Shown here piece after piece: positions 62,008 to 64,000 of a stretch of DNA of 64,000 nucleotides (position 1 is its first letter; the number at the start of each line of letters is the position of its first letter). The notes under the pieces are model-generated. The model did no database searches and had not been told where the DNA came from. It saw nothing but the letters and a program-made list of their open reading frames with translations. Made by a program: the position numbers and the translations under genes. The stretch covers positions 128,001 to 192,000 of the forward strand of contig CAVUPH010000014.1 in assembly GCA_963743305.1 (NCBI GenBank), given 5' to 3'. This DNA is from an uncultured delta proteobacterium. Its GTDB lineage: Bacteria > Desulfobacterota > RBG-13-43-22.

Positions 62008-63042
62008 ATGGATATGAAAAACTCAAAACCGACCAATGAACAATGGACCGCCCTGTATGAAGCCGCCGCGGCTTTTAAGCAAACCGCCCCCTGGAAATGG
62101 ATGTACGACAGCGAGCTCTTCGGCGTGCAGGACCCGGAAAGCGGGGAGGTGGGTTACTGCTGTGTTCTAGGCAGCCTGGGGGAAGTGCTGGGATTGAATG
62201 TTTATCTGGGGGCTCGGGGATTGAGCAGTTATCTGGAGATGTATGAAGCGGAGCATCCTGAAAAAGATCCTGATATGCCCTATAAACAGGACCTCCTGGT
62301 GGCCCATTTCGATGACCGGTCCTTTATGGAACCCGAGGATTTGAAGCGGGTCAAGGTCCTGGGGTATTCCTTCAAAGGTAAAAAAGCCTGGCCCTGGTTT
62401 CGAAGATACGAACCGGGGTTCTATCCAAGGCAAATTAATGAATCCGAAGTGGTCTTTCTAACGCAGGCCTTGATGCAAGCCATTGAAATGGCCAAACGAT
62501 TGAAAGAGAATCCAGCCATGTTGGAAAAAGCCGGGAACCAAGTCTGTCTGGTCCGGGTTCCGTCGATCCAGGAAGAACAGATAACCTGGGAAGACGTTTG
62601 GCAAGAGATTCCTTTGCTTAAACCGGCGGCCATCCAAGTCCCGCCGGTTGATGAACTACGCCTGAAAAAATTAAAGAAGGAAGTTCGTCGCCTTGGAGGG
62701 GTTTGGGAAGGGGATTATTTTTTCAGTCCGGCGGTAATTCAAGAAGGGGGACGACCCTATTATCCGCAAACCGTCCTCTGGGTTCACCAGGAATCCGGCC
62801 AGATCCTGGCCGGGGAATTTTTCCCTCATCAGGGGTTCGAAAAGGCCTTTCAAGATCATTTTATGACCCTGATCGAGAAACTGGATGCGGTCCCTCAGGA
62901 AATCCAGGTTAAGAGGATCGAGGTGTTACAGTTGCTGCAGCCGGTCATTGACTATTTGAAAATATCCGCAGCATTAAAGAAAAATCTTCCTGGTTTGGAG
63001 GAAGCCCGCCGGGCGATGGAGGAATTTTTAAGACGGAAATAG
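62008..63042 (+). CDS. Conserved hypothetical protein
   Basis: 344-aa ORF with RBS; PW.WM.D..LF.V.DP, WP.FR...PG..P. Confidence 0.8.
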   Translation: MDMKNSKPTNEQWTALYEAAAAFKQTAPWKWMYDSELFGVQDPESGEVGYCCVLGSLGEVLGLNVYLGARGLSSYLEMYEAEHPEKDPDMPYKQDLLVAHFDDRSFMEPEDLKRVKVLGYSFKGKKAWPWFRRYEPGFYPRQINESEVVFLTQALMQAIEMAKRLKENPAMLEKAGNQVCLVRVPSIQEEQITWEDVWQEIPLLKPAAIQVPPVDELRLKKLKKEVRRLGGVWEGDYFFSPAVIQEGGRPYYPQTVLWVHQESGQILAGEFFPHQGFEKAFQDHFMTLIEKLDAVPQEIQVKRIEVLQLLQPVIDYLKISAALKKNLPGLEEARRAMEEFLRRK

Positions 63043-63051
63043 GCCCAAAAT

Positions 63052-63080
63052 AAAAGGGCCTCAATAACCGAGGCCCTTTA
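63052..63080. terminator. Bidirectional terminator
   Basis: AAAGGGCCTC / GAGGCCCTTT between convergent genes. Confidence 0.8.
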
Positions 63081-63103
63081 CGTTAATTTTCTCCTCTCTT
63101 TTT

Positions 63104-63742
63104 TCAGCGCGGGGTCATTATTTTTGGCAGGATCCTCACGTCAATTTCCCCCTTCAGCAGTTTCTTGAACTCCTCCGCATCCTTATCCGATCCCACAATC
63201 GCCCCATAGTGTATCGGGACGGCGATTTGGGGCTTGATGGCCCGGGCGGCCTCGGCGGCCTGTTTAGCCGTCATGACGTAGGTGCCGGAGACGGGCAGGA
63301 AGGCGATGTCCGTTTTCAAGGTTTTCATTTCCGGCATGAAATCCACGTCGCCCGGGTGATAGATCCGGATCCCTTCGATGGTGACGATGAAACCCAGCCA
63401 GTTGTTTTTTTGGGGGTGAAAATCCTTGTCCGTATTATAGGCCGGGACGGCTTCGATGGTCATCCCTTCCCATTGTTTCACCTCGCCCGGTTTCATGGTC
63501 TCCACTCGGCCGCTCAGTTTTTTAGCGGAGGCCGGCTCGGTGATGATCAGGGTGTCCTTGGTCCGGATCTTGGCCACGTCCTCCGGGGAGCAGTGGTCGA
63601 AATGGTCATGGGTGATCAGGATCAGGTCCGCCGGAGGACCCCCGGCAATCTGGAAGGGGTCGAAATAGATGGTTTTTTTGTTCTGGTAGAGGATGCCGTC
63701 GTGTCCCAGCCAGGAAAGCTTTTTGAAAACTTCCTCAATCAT
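63104..63742 (-). CDS. Cytoplasmic MBL-fold hydrolase, paralogue of 15182-15949
   Basis: WLGHD, THDHFDH, LPVSGTYVMTA. Confidence 0.9.
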   Translation of the reverse strand: MIEEVFKKLSWLGHDGILYQNKKTIYFDPFQIAGGPPADLILITHDHFDHCSPEDVAKIRTKDTLIITEPASAKKLSGRVETMKPGEVKQWEGMTIEAVPAYNTDKDFHPQKNNWLGFIVTIEGIRIYHPGDVDFMPEMKTLKTDIAFLPVSGTYVMTAKQAAEAARAIKPQIAVPIHYGAIVGSDKDAEEFKKLLKGEIDVRILPKIMTPR

Positions 63743-63781
63743 AAAATCCTCCTTAAAGGGAAAAGCGGTCAATCGCCCGAT

Positions 63782-63970
63782 TTATTTCGATTCCAGGATA
63801 ATCTTGTGATCTACCAGGGACAATTTTTTTATTTTCGCCGGCAGTACCTTCTGCTCGCCGAAGATATTCACCAGGCGGATATTCCCGTTCTCCTGTTCGA
63901 GGATATCCACGCTTTCCAGGACCAGTTCCTCCTGGCCGTCCCGCAGGATAAAGGCCGATGCTTCACACAT
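63782..63970 (-). CDS. cooT: CooT family nickel-binding protein
   Basis: MCE..A, L.NIFGEQK, L.DHKI. Confidence 0.88.
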   Translation of the reverse strand: MCEASAFILRDGQEELVLESVDILEQENGNIRLVNIFGEQKVLPAKIKKLSLVDHKIILESK

Positions 63971-64000
63971 GTTGCTGAACCTCCTTTAAACGAAGAATTA

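Noticed and set aside
1-64000. CRISPR array, tRNA, rRNA, riboswitch
   Set aside because: No regularly spaced repeat-spacer array and no recognisable RNA gene or aptamer found by eye

Overview
A 64-kb window from a GC-moderate anaerobic bacterium, most likely Desulfobacterota. This is inferred from the Ahb alternative heme pathway, an HcpR-like Crp/Fnr regulator, CooT and the split purL/purQ. It has three parts. (1) 1-21.7 kb is an accessory hotspot of mostly minus-strand, unrelated genes, toxin-antitoxin pairs and gene fragments, punctuated by degenerate attC sites and repeated remnants of an element resembling a RAYT/TnpA(REP) transposon. (2) 22-48.3 kb is housekeeping core: purL-purQ, tmk-holB-ricT-metG followed by a FabZ/GT2/KS/CLF mini-cluster, MFS, UvrD, ferredoxin, thiF/moeB, hcpR, hemB-ahbD-ahbA, dGTPase, CIRCE-groESL. 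(3) 48.7-63 kb is a defence island: Fic, a PD-(D/E)XK nuclease, RadC, a BcgI-like RM+S system coupled to a DGQHR-plus-nucleoside-deoxyribosyltransferase-like fusion, AlbA_2, Panacea and MNT-HepT, interleaved with BREX, SbcD and HsdM fragments. Many single-base frameshifts, even in purL and groES, point to long-read indel errors, so frameshifts are not treated as pseudogene evidence. The best novelty candidates are the RAYT-end-marked gene accretion pattern and the RM-coupled DGQHR-NDT protein. All family assignments come from motif recognition; no database searches were run.
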